64,000 bases of DNA from contig CBDCWP010000040.1 in assembly GCA_965223505.1 (NCBI GenBank), positions 47,233-111,232 on the forward strand, written 5' to 3'. Positions 1-9,031 of this stretch are shown here, in pieces; the stretch's first letter is position 1, and the number at the start of each line of letters is the position of its first letter. The notes beneath the pieces were generated by a model. That model ran no database searches. It saw only the letters and a program-made list of their open reading frames with translations, and was not told the origin of the DNA. Source of the stretch: Planctomycetota bacterium (GTDB taxonomy: Bacteria; Planctomycetota; PLA2; JAEUHO01). The translations under genes were made by a program, and so were the position numbers.

Positions 1-751
1 CGAGGCGCGTCCAAGCGCCGTCTTCGCGGTTGAGCACCGCGACGCCCGAGGGAGGCAGCTCGGAGAACAGCTTCGACTTCGCTTCGAAGTAGGCCTCCGG
101 GGAGCCGTGGTAGTCGAGATGGTCGCTCGCCAGGTTCGTGAAGATCGCGACGCGGAACTCGAGTCCCTCCGTCCGCGCTTGATCGAGCGCGTGGCTCGAC
201 ACCTCCATGACGGCCGCAGTGCAGCCGGCGTCGCGCGCGCGCGCGAGCAACCAGCGCAGCTCGAGCGCTCCGGGTGTCGTGTTGCCCGCGGGCACGGGGT
301 CGCCGTCGCCGAGGTCGTGCGCGATCGTCCCTAGCAGCGCGGTCGCATGGCCGCAGGCGCGCAGCGCGGCCGCGGTCATGTGGGCCGACGTCGTCTTGCC
401 CTTGGTGCCGGTGATCGCGATCAGGTCGAGCGCGTCCTGCGGTCGGCCGTACCAGGCGTCGGCTGCTGACCGCAGCGCCCCGTCGACGTCGTCGACGAGC
501 AACGTCGGGAGGCCGGGCAGCTCGCTGTCGCAGACGACGACCACGGCGCCGCGCTCGACGGCGTCGATGGCGTACTGCGCGCCGTCCTCCAGGGTGCCGC
601 GGCGCGCGAAGAACGCCTCCCCGGTCTGCACGTCGCGGGAGTCGTCGGCCAGTCCGCGCACCTGCGCGCCGGCTTGGACGTTCGCCAACACGCCCTGCAC
701 GATCTCGCGCAGCGCGCCGACGTTCCGGGGACGGTCCGCGACCACGTTCAC
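1..751 (-). CDS. murE: MurE (UDP-N-acetylmuramoyl-tripeptide synthetase), N-terminal ~250 codons; gene runs off the left edge
   Basis: Absent from the ORF track because the window edge truncates it. My minus-strand translation from GTG at 751 reads VNVVADRPRNVGALREIV...DLIAITGTKGKTTSAHM...MEVSSHALDQ...FTNLASDHLDYHG, which includes the Mur-ligase P-loop. GGAGGAG lies upstream. There is a GTGA start/stop overlap with ftsI, and the position fits canonical dcw order. Confidence 0.85.
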   Translation of the reverse strand, partial: MNVVADRPRNVGALREIVQGVLANVQAGAQVRGLADDSRDVQTGEAFFARRGTLEDGAQYAIDAVERGAVVVVCDSELPGLPTLLVDDVDGALRSAADAWYGRPQDALDLIAITGTKGKTTSAHMTAAALRACGHATALLGTIAHDLGDGDPVPAGNTTPGALELRWLLARARDAGCTAAVMEVSSHALDQARTEGLEFRVAIFTNLASDHLDYHGSPEAYFEAKSKLFSELPPSGVAVLNREDGAWTRL

Positions 752-2613
752 CGCTCCTCCTTCAGTGGCTCTTCCGTGCTGAGGAACGCCGGGGACGCGA
801 GCGTGGCCGTCGGCGCGATGCCGGCGTCGGACGGCGCCACGTTCCAGTACGCGAGCGTGCGCTCGATCACCTCGCGCACGGACGCGGCCGCGACCTGGGC
901 GCCGTACTTGCGGCGCTCGCGCTCCACCTTGCCCATGACGAGCACCACGACGCACGGGTCCTCGAACGGCGCGAACGCGGCGAGCGAGCAGATGTTGAAG
1001 TCGGCTCTCCCTTCGCGCTGTACGGCCGTGCCGGTCTTCGCCGCCGCCGCGTACCGCGCGCCGCGGAACTGGTGGCGCGCCGTGCCCGCGAGCACGCACT
1101 GCCGCATGCCTTCGCGCACGACGGCGAGGTGCCTCGGATCGCACAGCCGCGGTCCCGTGCACGGACGGGGCTTTCGACGCAGGATCAACGTCGGCCGCAC
1201 GACACGCGCGTCGTCGCGCGCGATCGCGGCGATGGAGCAGATGAGTTGCATCGGCGTGATCGCGAACGCGTTCCCGTACGCGGCGCGATGGGCCCACCAC
1301 CACGGCCACTTGCCGTCCACGTCCGGCGCGAGTCGTCCCCCGCGCTCGTTCGGGAGGTCGATGCCGGTCGGATTCGTCAGGCCCAGGTGCAGCCAGAGGT
1401 CGCGCATGCCCTCGCGGCCGAGCCGGTGGGCGAGCTTCGCCGCGCCGGTGTTGCTGCTCTCCGCGATCAGCCGTACGACGGTGCCGCGGCCGATGAAGTG
1501 ATCGTCGTGGATGTCGTGTGCCTCGCCTTCGAGCCGCGCGACAAGCGGCATGAAGATCTCCTCGTCCGCCTTGACGACACCGTGTTCCAGCGCCCACGCG
1601 ACGGTGATCGGCTTGAAGACGCTGCCCACCTCGTAGCGCTCCTGGATCGCGAAGTTGAGCTTGGCCGGCTCGCGGTTGGGGTCGAACGTCGGACGGTTCG
1701 CCAACGCGAGCACCTCGCCGGTGCGCGGATCGAGCACGATGCCGCACAACTGCACGGGCGCCGTGTCGCCCACGACGCGGTCGAGCGCGGCTTCCATGAA
1801 GTGCTGGATGACGAGATCGATCGTCAGGCGCACGTCGCCGCCGCGCGTGCTCGACCGGTCCATGTCGCCGTTCGCGGCCATCAAGCGCCGGCGCCCGTCG
1901 CGAAACACCGGAATCGTCGCGCGCTTGCCGGAGAGGAAGCCGTTGTAGCGGCCCTCGATGCCGACACGACCGGCGGAGACGTCGTACGGAACCTCGCCCA
2001 CGACGTGCGCGGCGTAGGTCTCGTTGGGGTACGAGCGGATCTCCTCGCGCTCGACGCGGATCCCGAACAGCCCGCGGCGGTGAAGCTGCGTGTCGGACAG
2101 CATGCTCACCACGTCGAGCCGGTCGATGAGCAGCGGGTCCTCGATGTGCTTTCGCAGGACCTTGTAGCGGCGAACGGGCTTGCCGTTCTTCGCGGCGACC
2201 GCTCGCTCGTGCTCGATGCGTTCGCGAATCTGCCACGGCGCAGGGTCGCCGCCGAGCACGGCGGACGCCTGGAGCGCGAAGACGCGTACGTCCTTGATGA
2301 CGCTCGGATGCGGGTCGACCCACACCAACCGCGCGGGCCGGCTGTTGGCGAGCGGCCAGCCACCGCGGTCCAGAATGCTTCCGCGCCGTGCCTGGAACTC
2401 GAAATTCGACGTGTGCCGGCGGTCGGCCTGCTGCCGGTAGCCGTCGCCTTCGACGATCTGCAGCTTGGCAAGGCGGCCGAGCAGCAACGCGAAGAGCACC
2501 AGGAGCGTGCCGAACACGAAGTTCGTTCGGAACCGCCGGACGGCCTCCAGCGTGCGGCGCAGCTGCCACGGCGGAACCGTGCGCGGGACGTGGGTGACGG
2601 CGCGGCGCTTCAT
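748..2613 (-). CDS. ftsI: Penicillin-binding protein 2/3-type transpeptidase (FtsI-like)
   Basis: 621-aa ORF with an N-terminal membrane anchor (FVFGTLLVLFALLLGRLA). PBP motifs are SVFK (SxxK), SSN (SxN) and KTGTA (KTG). It sits between ftsL and murE. Confidence 0.9.
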   Translation of the reverse strand: MKRRAVTHVPRTVPPWQLRRTLEAVRRFRTNFVFGTLLVLFALLLGRLAKLQIVEGDGYRQQADRRHTSNFEFQARRGSILDRGGWPLANSRPARLVWVDPHPSVIKDVRVFALQASAVLGGDPAPWQIRERIEHERAVAAKNGKPVRRYKVLRKHIEDPLLIDRLDVVSMLSDTQLHRRGLFGIRVEREEIRSYPNETYAAHVVGEVPYDVSAGRVGIEGRYNGFLSGKRATIPVFRDGRRRLMAANGDMDRSSTRGGDVRLTIDLVIQHFMEAALDRVVGDTAPVQLCGIVLDPRTGEVLALANRPTFDPNREPAKLNFAIQERYEVGSVFKPITVAWALEHGVVKADEEIFMPLVARLEGEAHDIHDDHFIGRGTVVRLIAESSNTGAAKLAHRLGREGMRDLWLHLGLTNPTGIDLPNERGGRLAPDVDGKWPWWWAHRAAYGNAFAITPMQLICSIAAIARDDARVVRPTLILRRKPRPCTGPRLCDPRHLAVVREGMRQCVLAGTARHQFRGARYAAAAKTGTAVQREGRADFNICSLAAFAPFEDPCVVVLVMGKVERERRKYGAQVAAASVREVIERTLAYWNVAPSDAGIAPTATLASPAFLSTEEPLKEER

Positions 2614-2960
2614 CGATCGCCTCCCTCGTCACCGAGCACGCGGAACACGTGGCGGCCCTGGGGCGCGAAGTCGCGCGGCGCCTTGTCGTGCGGATCGATC
2701 GTCGGCATGAAGTTCGGGAACGGATCCGATGGATCGCAGACGTCGCACTCGCGATCCCACTCCTCGAGCAGGTAACGCGGCGTGAGCGTCGCCGCGATGT
2801 CGGCGTCGATCTCGCGCAGCTGGCGCTCCAACGAGTCGCGCCGACGTTCCACCTCCAGCACGCGATACCGCAGACGGCAGACCTCGCTGTGCTCGCATAC
2901 GGCAACGAGCGCGACCGCTACGACGGCCAGCAACACCGCGATGGTCGTTACGACGTTCAC
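2610..2960 (-). CDS. ftsL: FtsL-like cell-division protein (single TM helix plus coiled-coil)
   Basis: 116-aa ORF with GTG start. It has a TM helix (VVTTIAVLLAVVAVALVAV) followed by a charged helical segment. It occupies the ftsL slot between rsmH and ftsI and overlaps both neighbours by 4 nt. The call rests on position and architecture, not conserved motifs. Confidence 0.6.
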   Translation of the reverse strand: MNVVTTIAVLLAVVAVALVAVCEHSEVCRLRYRVLEVERRRDSLERQLREIDADIAATLTPRYLLEEWDRECDVCDPSDPFPNFMPTIDPHDKAPRDFAPQGRHVFRVLGDEGGDR

Positions 2961-3880
2961 CGTTTTCCTTCGTCCTCATCCTTCGCGCGCTCGAACGCGC
3001 GCAGTCGCGCGGGGCGGGCCCGCGGATTGCGTTTCACCTCCGCTTCCGTCGGCCGGATTGGTTTCTTGGTCAGGATGGTCCCGAGGCGGTCGCGCTTCGC
3101 TTCGCGAAACGCCGCCTTGACCTCGCGCTCCTCACCGCTGTGGAAGCAGATGACGACGAGGCGCCCCCCCGGCGCCAACGCGCGCACCGCCGCGCGCAGC
3201 CCGCGCCGCAGGTGCGCGATCTCCTCGTTCACCGCCATGCGCAACCCCTGCAGGCTGCGCGTGGCCGCGTCGATGCGCCGAACACGCAGCGCCGCGGAGC
3301 GAATGACGTCGGCGAGCTGCCCCGCCGAGCGGATGGGACGCGCCCGCACGATCGCGCGCGCGACGGCGCGCGCACGCGGCTCCTCGCCGAGCTCGTGCAA
3401 GATGTCGGCGAGCTCACGCTCCGACGCGTGGTTCACCAGATCGCTTGCCGAGCGCGACGCGTCCGTTGGATCGAAGCGCATGTCGGGCACCGCGTCCTCG
3501 AATCGAAACGAGAACCCGCGGCTCTCGTCGTCGAGCTGCATCGACGACAACCCGAGATCGAGCAGCACCCCCACTGCGCTGTCGATCCCCATCGACTCGA
3601 GCACGGACGCAAGGTCCGCGTACGACTGATGGGCGAGCGTCGCGCGCGCTCCGAACGGCTCGAGCGTTCGCTTCGCGATGTCGAGCGCTTGCGGGTCGCG
3701 GTCGAGCCCGAGCAGCGTCACGCCCGGCGCGGCCTCGAGGATCGCGGTCGCATGACCGCCCGCCCCGACCGTGCCGTCGACCACGAGGCCCCCGGCGGTC
3801 GCCGCGTTCCCGGCGAAGAGATGCAGGAGCACCTCCTCGACCAATACCGGCTGATGGAACTGGAAAAGATCGTCCGTCAC
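2957..3880 (-). CDS. rsmH: 16S rRNA (cytosine1402-N4)-methyltransferase RsmH/MraW
   Basis: 307 aa containing VDGTVGAGGHA, LLGLDRDP, DLGLSSMQLD and RGFSF. It lies immediately downstream of mraZ. Confidence 0.92.
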   Translation of the reverse strand: MTDDLFQFHQPVLVEEVLLHLFAGNAATAGGLVVDGTVGAGGHATAILEAAPGVTLLGLDRDPQALDIAKRTLEPFGARATLAHQSYADLASVLESMGIDSAVGVLLDLGLSSMQLDDESRGFSFRFEDAVPDMRFDPTDASRSASDLVNHASERELADILHELGEEPRARAVARAIVRARPIRSAGQLADVIRSAALRVRRIDAATRSLQGLRMAVNEEIAHLRRGLRAAVRALAPGGRLVVICFHSGEEREVKAAFREAKRDRLGTILTKKPIRPTEAEVKRNPRARPARLRAFERAKDEDEGKR

Positions 3881-3896
3881 CGGGCCTGCGCCCGGC

Positions 3897-4328
3897 TCAC
3901 TCGCCCCGACCCCCGGGTCCGTCCGGGGAGGCGCCGTCGCCGACGCTGCGCTCCCATCCGTCCGGATCCCAAAGCTCCAGGTAGTCCGCCATGCCCGCGA
4001 CGCGCACCTGCCCGCCCGGGAAGTACTTCTTGATCCAGCGCTTGGGGATGCTGATGCGGCCGGGCCCCTTGATCTCGACCTCCTCGGCGGTCTGGAAGAA
4101 GACGCGCCGGTTCTGCTGGCTCCCCTTGAAGCGGTCCGGCGCGTGCTCCGCCGCCATGCGCTCGAACTTCGCGGCCGGATAGGCTTCCAAGCACGGCATC
4201 TCGTCGCTGGGCACGAGATACAGCCGTCCCTGGCTCTCGGCCTGGATCACGGCGGCGATCGGCGCAGGGATCACGATGCGATCCTTGTTGTCGATCTTGC
4301 GATCGCGAATGCCGGTGAAGAGCGCCAT
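3897..4328 (-). CDS. mraZ: Transcriptional regulator MraZ
   Basis: 143 aa with two SpoVT/AbrB-like halves (DRIVIPAP... and GRISIPKRW...). It is the first gene of the dcw cluster. Confidence 0.9.
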   Translation of the reverse strand: MALFTGIRDRKIDNKDRIVIPAPIAAVIQAESQGRLYLVPSDEMPCLEAYPAAKFERMAAEHAPDRFKGSQQNRRVFFQTAEEVEIKGPGRISIPKRWIKKYFPGGQVRVAGMADYLELWDPDGWERSVGDGASPDGPGGRGE

Positions 4329-4423
4329 GGACCAGACCCTTGCTTTCGGCCCGAAACGAGCCGATTCCCCCCGAAGGCGCCCTCGCGGCCCTGCCCGGAC
4401 CGATCCCTGCCCTTCAGGAACCG

Positions 4424-4453
4424 GAGATTACACTTTCTTACACCAGGTGACAA
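4424..4453 (-). promoter_or_regulatory. Candidate Pmra promoter overlapped by three 10-bp-phased MraZ-box-like repeats
   Basis: Minus-strand reading is TTGTCA-cctg-GTGTAA-gaaa-GTGTAAtct. The plus-strand hexamers TTACAC (4428-4433), TTACAC (4438-4443) and TGACAA (4448-4453) repeat with an exact 10-bp period. The same stretch reads as -35 TTGTCA, a 17-nt spacer and -10 TAATCT, about 95 nt upstream of the mraZ ATG. Confidence 0.4.
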
Positions 4454-4782
4454 CGGGGAATTCATCGCCAGATTTGCGTTCGTAAATATCTGCATGCAAA
4501 CAACTTGCGCACAGCAAACAGAAACCCGACAACGGCAAATGACACCTCAGCGGCGTGGAAATTCGGTGGAGAACGCTTCGGAAGTTGCTTCGACGAGCCG
4601 ACTTATGCTCTTTCGCCGCGCACAGAGCGGCCACGGTGCGACCTGACGCCGGCCGTCTGTTCGCCCCCGGTCGAGCGCCGTCGCCGAGCCCCGAAGGCGA
4701 TCCACAAGCGACGAGCGCGGGGGTGGGGCCATTCCGCCGTCCCCCGGCGCCCGGAGCGTACGATCTGCGCCGCGCGTTGCGC

Positions 4783-4893
4783 GAAGGACGGTCACGCCCC
4801 AGGGGGTCGGCGACCTCGAACCGGGTCAGGTCCGGAAGGAAGCAGCCCTAAGGGGCCCCGTTCGATGTCCTTGGGTCACCGTGACCGTCCTTC
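4783..4893 (+). ncRNA. ffs: Signal recognition particle RNA (small bacterial 4.5S type)
   Basis: Contains the conserved domain IV core GGUCAGGUCCGGAAGGAAGCAGCC (4823-4846). The element is closed by a perfect 14-bp terminal helix, GAAGGACGGUCACG (4783-4796) pairing with CGUGACCGUCCUUC (4880-4893). It lies in an ORF-poor gap. Confidence 0.8.
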
Positions 4894-5220
4894 TCGGAAC
4901 GCGTTCGAACGCGCGGGATGCTCGGTCTGGCTTTGCCATCCGCTCCTCGCGTGGCAGTTCTTTACGCCCCGCCTCTCGGACCTCGCCGGCTCGGTCCTCG
5001 GATCGCTTCGCGCTCATCGGCGGCGAAGGTAGCAAGGATGGCTACGCCATACCGTCGCCCCCGCACGCCGAACGCGTCCCGGACGGGCCTGAGCAGGAAC
5101 GACGCATTGAGACAGGAACGCGCGCCGGCTCGTCGCCCCGCGCACCGTTGGGGGCGCGAACCACTGGTCATTCCAACGCTTCGATCCCTTGTGATCGCAG
5201 TCAGAGCGAAGACGCCCGAG

Positions 5221-6987
5221 TCAGTAACCGAGGAGGTTGCCGCGCATCTTGCCCGCGCGCACGAAGTCCCTTGCGACACGCGCCCCCTGCACGAGACGCC
5301 GCTCCTTCAACGGATGACAGAGGAATCGCACCGTCGCCGTCAACGGAAGCTCCGACGGCAAGCCCGTCGTGATCAACGGATCGTCCCGCAACGCATCCGC
5401 CACACGAATCGCCGCCATCACCGTCTTGATGTGATGCGCCACGAAGATCGGTAGCGCCAACCGGCCGTTCACGCACGACGTCTTCAACGCCGACACCAGC
5501 TCGGACGTGCGCCCCCCCGCCATCCGTCGCGCGGCTTCGACGCCCGCAGCAGGATCCGCGACCTGTATCGCACGCAACAGCGTTTCCGCGTCGGCGTCGG
5601 TCCCCGCCCCCACCGGCGACAGCTCGTCGCGGTCCTCCGCCGCGAGATCGAGCGGCTGCGTGTGCTGCGTGAACCGCGCGCTATGGAACAAGCCACGCAG
5701 CGCCTTCGGACTCGGATGCCGCAGGAGCGACTCGCGCACCGCGTCCGCATGCGTAAGCATGTGCGTGACGTGCAGCCACCCTTCGCTGACCGTCTCGTCC
5801 GCCTGGATGCCGGGGTCGAAGCGCGCAACGCGCTCCGACGCAGCCGCGGCCAACGCCAGCGCGACCCGATCCGGCGCGATCCGCTCCTCGAGGGCCGCTT
5901 CGACCGCATGGAGGGCATCCCGCAGCTCGCCGTCGAGCGCCGCGTCGACCAGCCATCGCGCGTCCCACGCATCGCGGCTCGTCGCGTTCTCGTGCCACTC
6001 GTCGAGGCGCTCCAGACTCGGCTCCATCGCGGTGTTGAAGGCGCGCATGTACGGCAACGTGTCCTCGCGCGTCGCCGTCACGATGCCGGAGATCAAGGAC
6101 GTCAAGACCGGGTGGGCGTGCTCCCACCCGATGAGTTGCAACAGCTCCTCCGCCTTGATGGTGTAGATCTGCTCGTGGCCGTAGCTCAGGAAGTGGTCGG
6201 TTGCGAGGCGCGTCAACCAGTCGAAGACCACCTCGGGGCCGGCGCCGGCCTCGAGCGCGCCGCGAAACAACGACTGCGCGTCCGCCTGCCGCTCGTCCTC
6301 CACGAGCTGCACGAGTCGCTCGCCGAGCAGGGCCCAGTCCGGCGCCTCGTCGGGCGGCTGCGCGTCGGCAAACTGCTGCTCCTCACGCCGGGCGTGCGGT
6401 TGAACGAGTGTGTGGACGGCCTCCATCAAGGGCTCGCGCGCAGCGTCACCGAAGTGATCGAAGAGCGCCGCGTAGTCCGCCGCCGCGGCCTGGCCGTGAT
6501 CGAATCCGTACAGCGCGTGCCGCGCGGCCCAGTCACACGCGAAGCCGAGCACCTGCGCCGGCGTGCGTCCAAGCACCAACATGCGCTCGACGTCGCGCGC
6601 GGCATGCCCGAAGTCCTGTTCGTTGAAGGCGCGGTCGAGGCCCGCTTCGAGCTTCGGAAGCTGCGTCTCGGGCGGCGGCTCGGACAGATTCAAGTACACG
6701 TCGTCGTCGTTCAGACGAACCTCGTAGGCGCGGACGTCCTCACCGCCCATCACGCAGGCGCCGTCGCGCAGCCGGAACTTCCAGTTGTGCCAGGCGCAGG
6801 TGAGCGCGCCGTCCTTCACGTATCCCTGACGCAACGGATAGCCCTCGTGGGGACAGCGGTTGTCGATGGCCCGTACGGTGCCGCCCGACTCGCGGATGAG
6901 CAGGATCTGGTGCGAACCCTCCCGCACCGTGGCCATGCCGCCCCGCGGAAGCTCCTTCAGGCTGAGAACCCGGGTCCAATCCGCCAT
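5221..6987 (-). CDS. Rieske [2Fe-2S] domain protein with a ~480-aa helical C-terminal region of unknown function
   Basis: 588 aa. The N-terminal ~105 aa carry CPHEGYPL...CAWHNWKF (CxH...CxxH). I recognise no motif in the rest. Confidence 0.7.
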   Translation of the reverse strand: MADWTRVLSLKELPRGGMATVREGSHQILLIRESGGTVRAIDNRCPHEGYPLRQGYVKDGALTCAWHNWKFRLRDGACVMGGEDVRAYEVRLNDDDVYLNLSEPPPETQLPKLEAGLDRAFNEQDFGHAARDVERMLVLGRTPAQVLGFACDWAARHALYGFDHGQAAAADYAALFDHFGDAAREPLMEAVHTLVQPHARREEQQFADAQPPDEAPDWALLGERLVQLVEDERQADAQSLFRGALEAGAGPEVVFDWLTRLATDHFLSYGHEQIYTIKAEELLQLIGWEHAHPVLTSLISGIVTATREDTLPYMRAFNTAMEPSLERLDEWHENATSRDAWDARWLVDAALDGELRDALHAVEAALEERIAPDRVALALAAAASERVARFDPGIQADETVSEGWLHVTHMLTHADAVRESLLRHPSPKALRGLFHSARFTQHTQPLDLAAEDRDELSPVGAGTDADAETLLRAIQVADPAAGVEAARRMAGGRTSELVSALKTSCVNGRLALPIFVAHHIKTVMAAIRVADALRDDPLITTGLPSELPLTATVRFLCHPLKERRLVQGARVARDFVRAGKMRGNLLGY

Positions 6988-7056
6988 GACGACTCCTCGA
7001 CCTCGAGATTCTAGATCCGGCGCAGATCACGTGTCCGATCGCCCGAAATCTAGCAT

Positions 7057-7085
7057 TTGAAAAGTTATAACTATATTTATATAGC
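7057..7085 (+). promoter_or_regulatory. Candidate sigma70-type promoter in an AT-rich island, with a 10-bp palindrome in the spacer
   Basis: TTGAAA (7057-7062), a 17-nt spacer, then TATAGC (7080-7085). The spacer contains the perfect palindrome AGTTATAACT (7063-7072). It lies between the divergent Rieske and redoxin genes. Confidence 0.3.
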
Positions 7086-7365
7086 CCGGGCGCATAAATC
7101 AAGTGTAATATTTCCAAACCCTTGATTCCAGCATGTTCACCGGATTCGACGCGGGTCTGAGACCGGGTTCTGCTTGAGAACGGACGCCTACGTTGCCGAA
7201 GGGGAGTCGCTGCTTTCGGACCGACCGAACGCCGTGCTGGAGGGCGCTGGTGGTCGCGCGGGGCCGGACGCGGCATGAAAGCCAGATGCCGGCACGCCGT
7301 GCCGGGGCGTTCCCCGCTGACGCCCCGGGCCCCACGCGACGTGCTCGGCGAAGGAGGACCCCCCT

Positions 7366-7869
7366 ATGACGCGCCGAAAGTTCGTCGCCGCAGCCGCTGT
7401 GTGCTTGGTCAGCGCACTGGCGGTACCCGCTCCTGCCAATGCGAAAACCACGAGCAGCGGTCAGCTCGCACCCGACATCGCGATCTCCCACGGATTCAAC
7501 GGCATCAGCGCCAACGCTTCCCTCAAGGCGTGGCGTGGCACACCCGTCGTGATCAAGTTCTGGAGCCCGCGCTGTCCGCCGTGCCGCAAGCAGTTGCCCT
7601 CGTTGGAGAAGCTCCACAAGCGCTACAAGGCCAAGGGCCTTCACGTCGTCGCAATCTCGCTGGGCAACAACGACCGCTCGAAGAAGTACATCGAGCAGAA
7701 GGGCCTGACCTTCCCCGTCGGCGTCGACGGTCGGAAGACGACGAGCTCGCGCTACGGCGTGCGCGCGATTCCTGCGACGTTCCTCGTCGGGTGCGACGGC
7801 CGCCTGCGTGCCATCAACGGCTCGCTCGAGGACGCCGTGCGCAAGGAGCTCAAGCGCAAGAAGAAGTAG
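7366..7869 (+). CDS. TlpA/ResA-like periplasmic thiol:disulfide oxidoreductase
   Basis: 167 aa with a signal peptide (RRKFVAAAAVCLVSALAVPAPANA) and active site WSPRCPPC. A strong RBS, AAGGAGGA, lies 7 nt upstream. Confidence 0.85.
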   Translation: MTRRKFVAAAAVCLVSALAVPAPANAKTTSSGQLAPDIAISHGFNGISANASLKAWRGTPVVIKFWSPRCPPCRKQLPSLEKLHKRYKAKGLHVVAISLGNNDRSKKYIEQKGLTFPVGVDGRKTTSSRYGVRAIPATFLVGCDGRLRAINGSLEDAVRKELKRKKK

Positions 7870-7921
7870 AGCAGCGGCGGTCCGTCGGGGCGGCCGTCGC
7901 GGGCGCCCGTGATCCCCTGGC

Positions 7922-8986
7922 CTACGGCTGACCGCAGCCTTTCTTCAGCTGCTTCAGCCCTTCGCCCGGGCCCACGCTGACCAGCGTGTCGCCGGCCTTG
8001 ATGACGACGTCGGGACCGGGATTGAACGCCGACTCCCCGTTCTCCTCGACGACCGCGACGACCATCACGCCGAAGTCGCGACGAATCGGTGAGTCCTTCA
8101 GCGCGACGCCGTCCAGCGGTGAGCCCTTTTCGATCAGCACCTCTTCCATGCGGACACCGGCCGCCGTACCGCTCTCCTCGCCGGCGCGCACGAGGTTGAC
8201 CACGTTGGCGACGTGCGGCGTGAGGATCTGCCGCGCCATGTGTGTGGCGCCGATCGTGTAGGGCGAAACGACGTGGGTCGCGCCGGCCACCATCAGCTTG
8301 CGCTCGGCGCGGCGATCGCGGGCGATCGCGACGATCGAGATGTCCTCGCGGGTCTCGCGCGCGTTCAAGATCGCGTAGACGTTCTCGGCGTCGGTGGGCA
8401 GCGTGCAGAGCAACGCGCGGGCGTGCGCCAAACCGGCCTTCTCGAGCGTGTCCTCCTCCGTCGCGTCCGCGAGCAGCCCCAGCAGCCCGTCCTTCTCGAC
8501 GTCGTTGATGACGTGCTCGTCGTGGTCGATGACGACGAGCGGTACGTCGGACTTCATGATCTCCGCGGCGGTGATCTGCCCGAACCGCCCGTATCCGCAC
8601 AAGATGAGATGGTCCTTCAGCTCGTTGATTTGACGTTGCATCCTTCGTCTCCCGAGGACCTCGCGAATCCGCCCCTCCACCAGCGCCGCGGCCAGGGACG
8701 AGATGGCGGCCGAGACGACGCACACACCGGCCACGATGTAGAAGACCGAGAAGAGACGGCCCAGCGTGGTGTCGGCCTTGTCGCTGTATCCGACGGTCGA
8801 GACCGTGATCACGGCCTGGTAGAGGGCCTCGTCGAACGTGATGTCCCCGACGACCATGTACCCGACCGTGCCGACCGTCACGACGATGAGAATCGCGATC
8901 CCGAAGAACAGCGGGCGCGACTGTCGCGCGGCCCACTCGCGCAGCGGACCGTTCGGTCCCAGCAGGTGGATCGTGCGGCGGATCAT
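7922..8986 (-). CDS. Two-TM K+ channel with RCK (TrkA-N/TrkA-C) domains, MthK/Kch-like
   Basis: 354 aa. The order is M1 helix, pore helix and filter (ITVSTVGYSD), M2, a Rossmann RCK segment (LILCGYGRFGQ) and a TrkA-C-like tail. Confidence 0.8.
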   Translation of the reverse strand: MIRRTIHLLGPNGPLREWAARQSRPLFFGIAILIVVTVGTVGYMVVGDITFDEALYQAVITVSTVGYSDKADTTLGRLFSVFYIVAGVCVVSAAISSLAAALVEGRIREVLGRRRMQRQINELKDHLILCGYGRFGQITAAEIMKSDVPLVVIDHDEHVINDVEKDGLLGLLADATEEDTLEKAGLAHARALLCTLPTDAENVYAILNARETREDISIVAIARDRRAERKLMVAGATHVVSPYTIGATHMARQILTPHVANVVNLVRAGEESGTAAGVRMEEVLIEKGSPLDGVALKDSPIRRDFGVMVVAVVEENGESAFNPGPDVVIKAGDTLVSVGPGEGLKQLKKGCGQP

Positions 8987-9031
8987 CTACGCGAAGTATG
9001 AACCGAACGGCGCACACCCGGAAGCCGAAGA

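Noticed and set aside
4553-4577. GTGGA-N6-GTGGA direct repeat as MraZ boxes
   Set aside because: There are only two copies, about 230 nt from mraZ and on the far side of the better promoter-overlapping 10-bp-phased repeats at 4428-4453.
4918-5454. 178-aa plus-strand ORF (and 4881..5372) in the gap after the SRP RNA
   Set aside because: It is Arg/Pro-rich with no RBS or motif, and its second half is antisense to the end of the Rieske gene.
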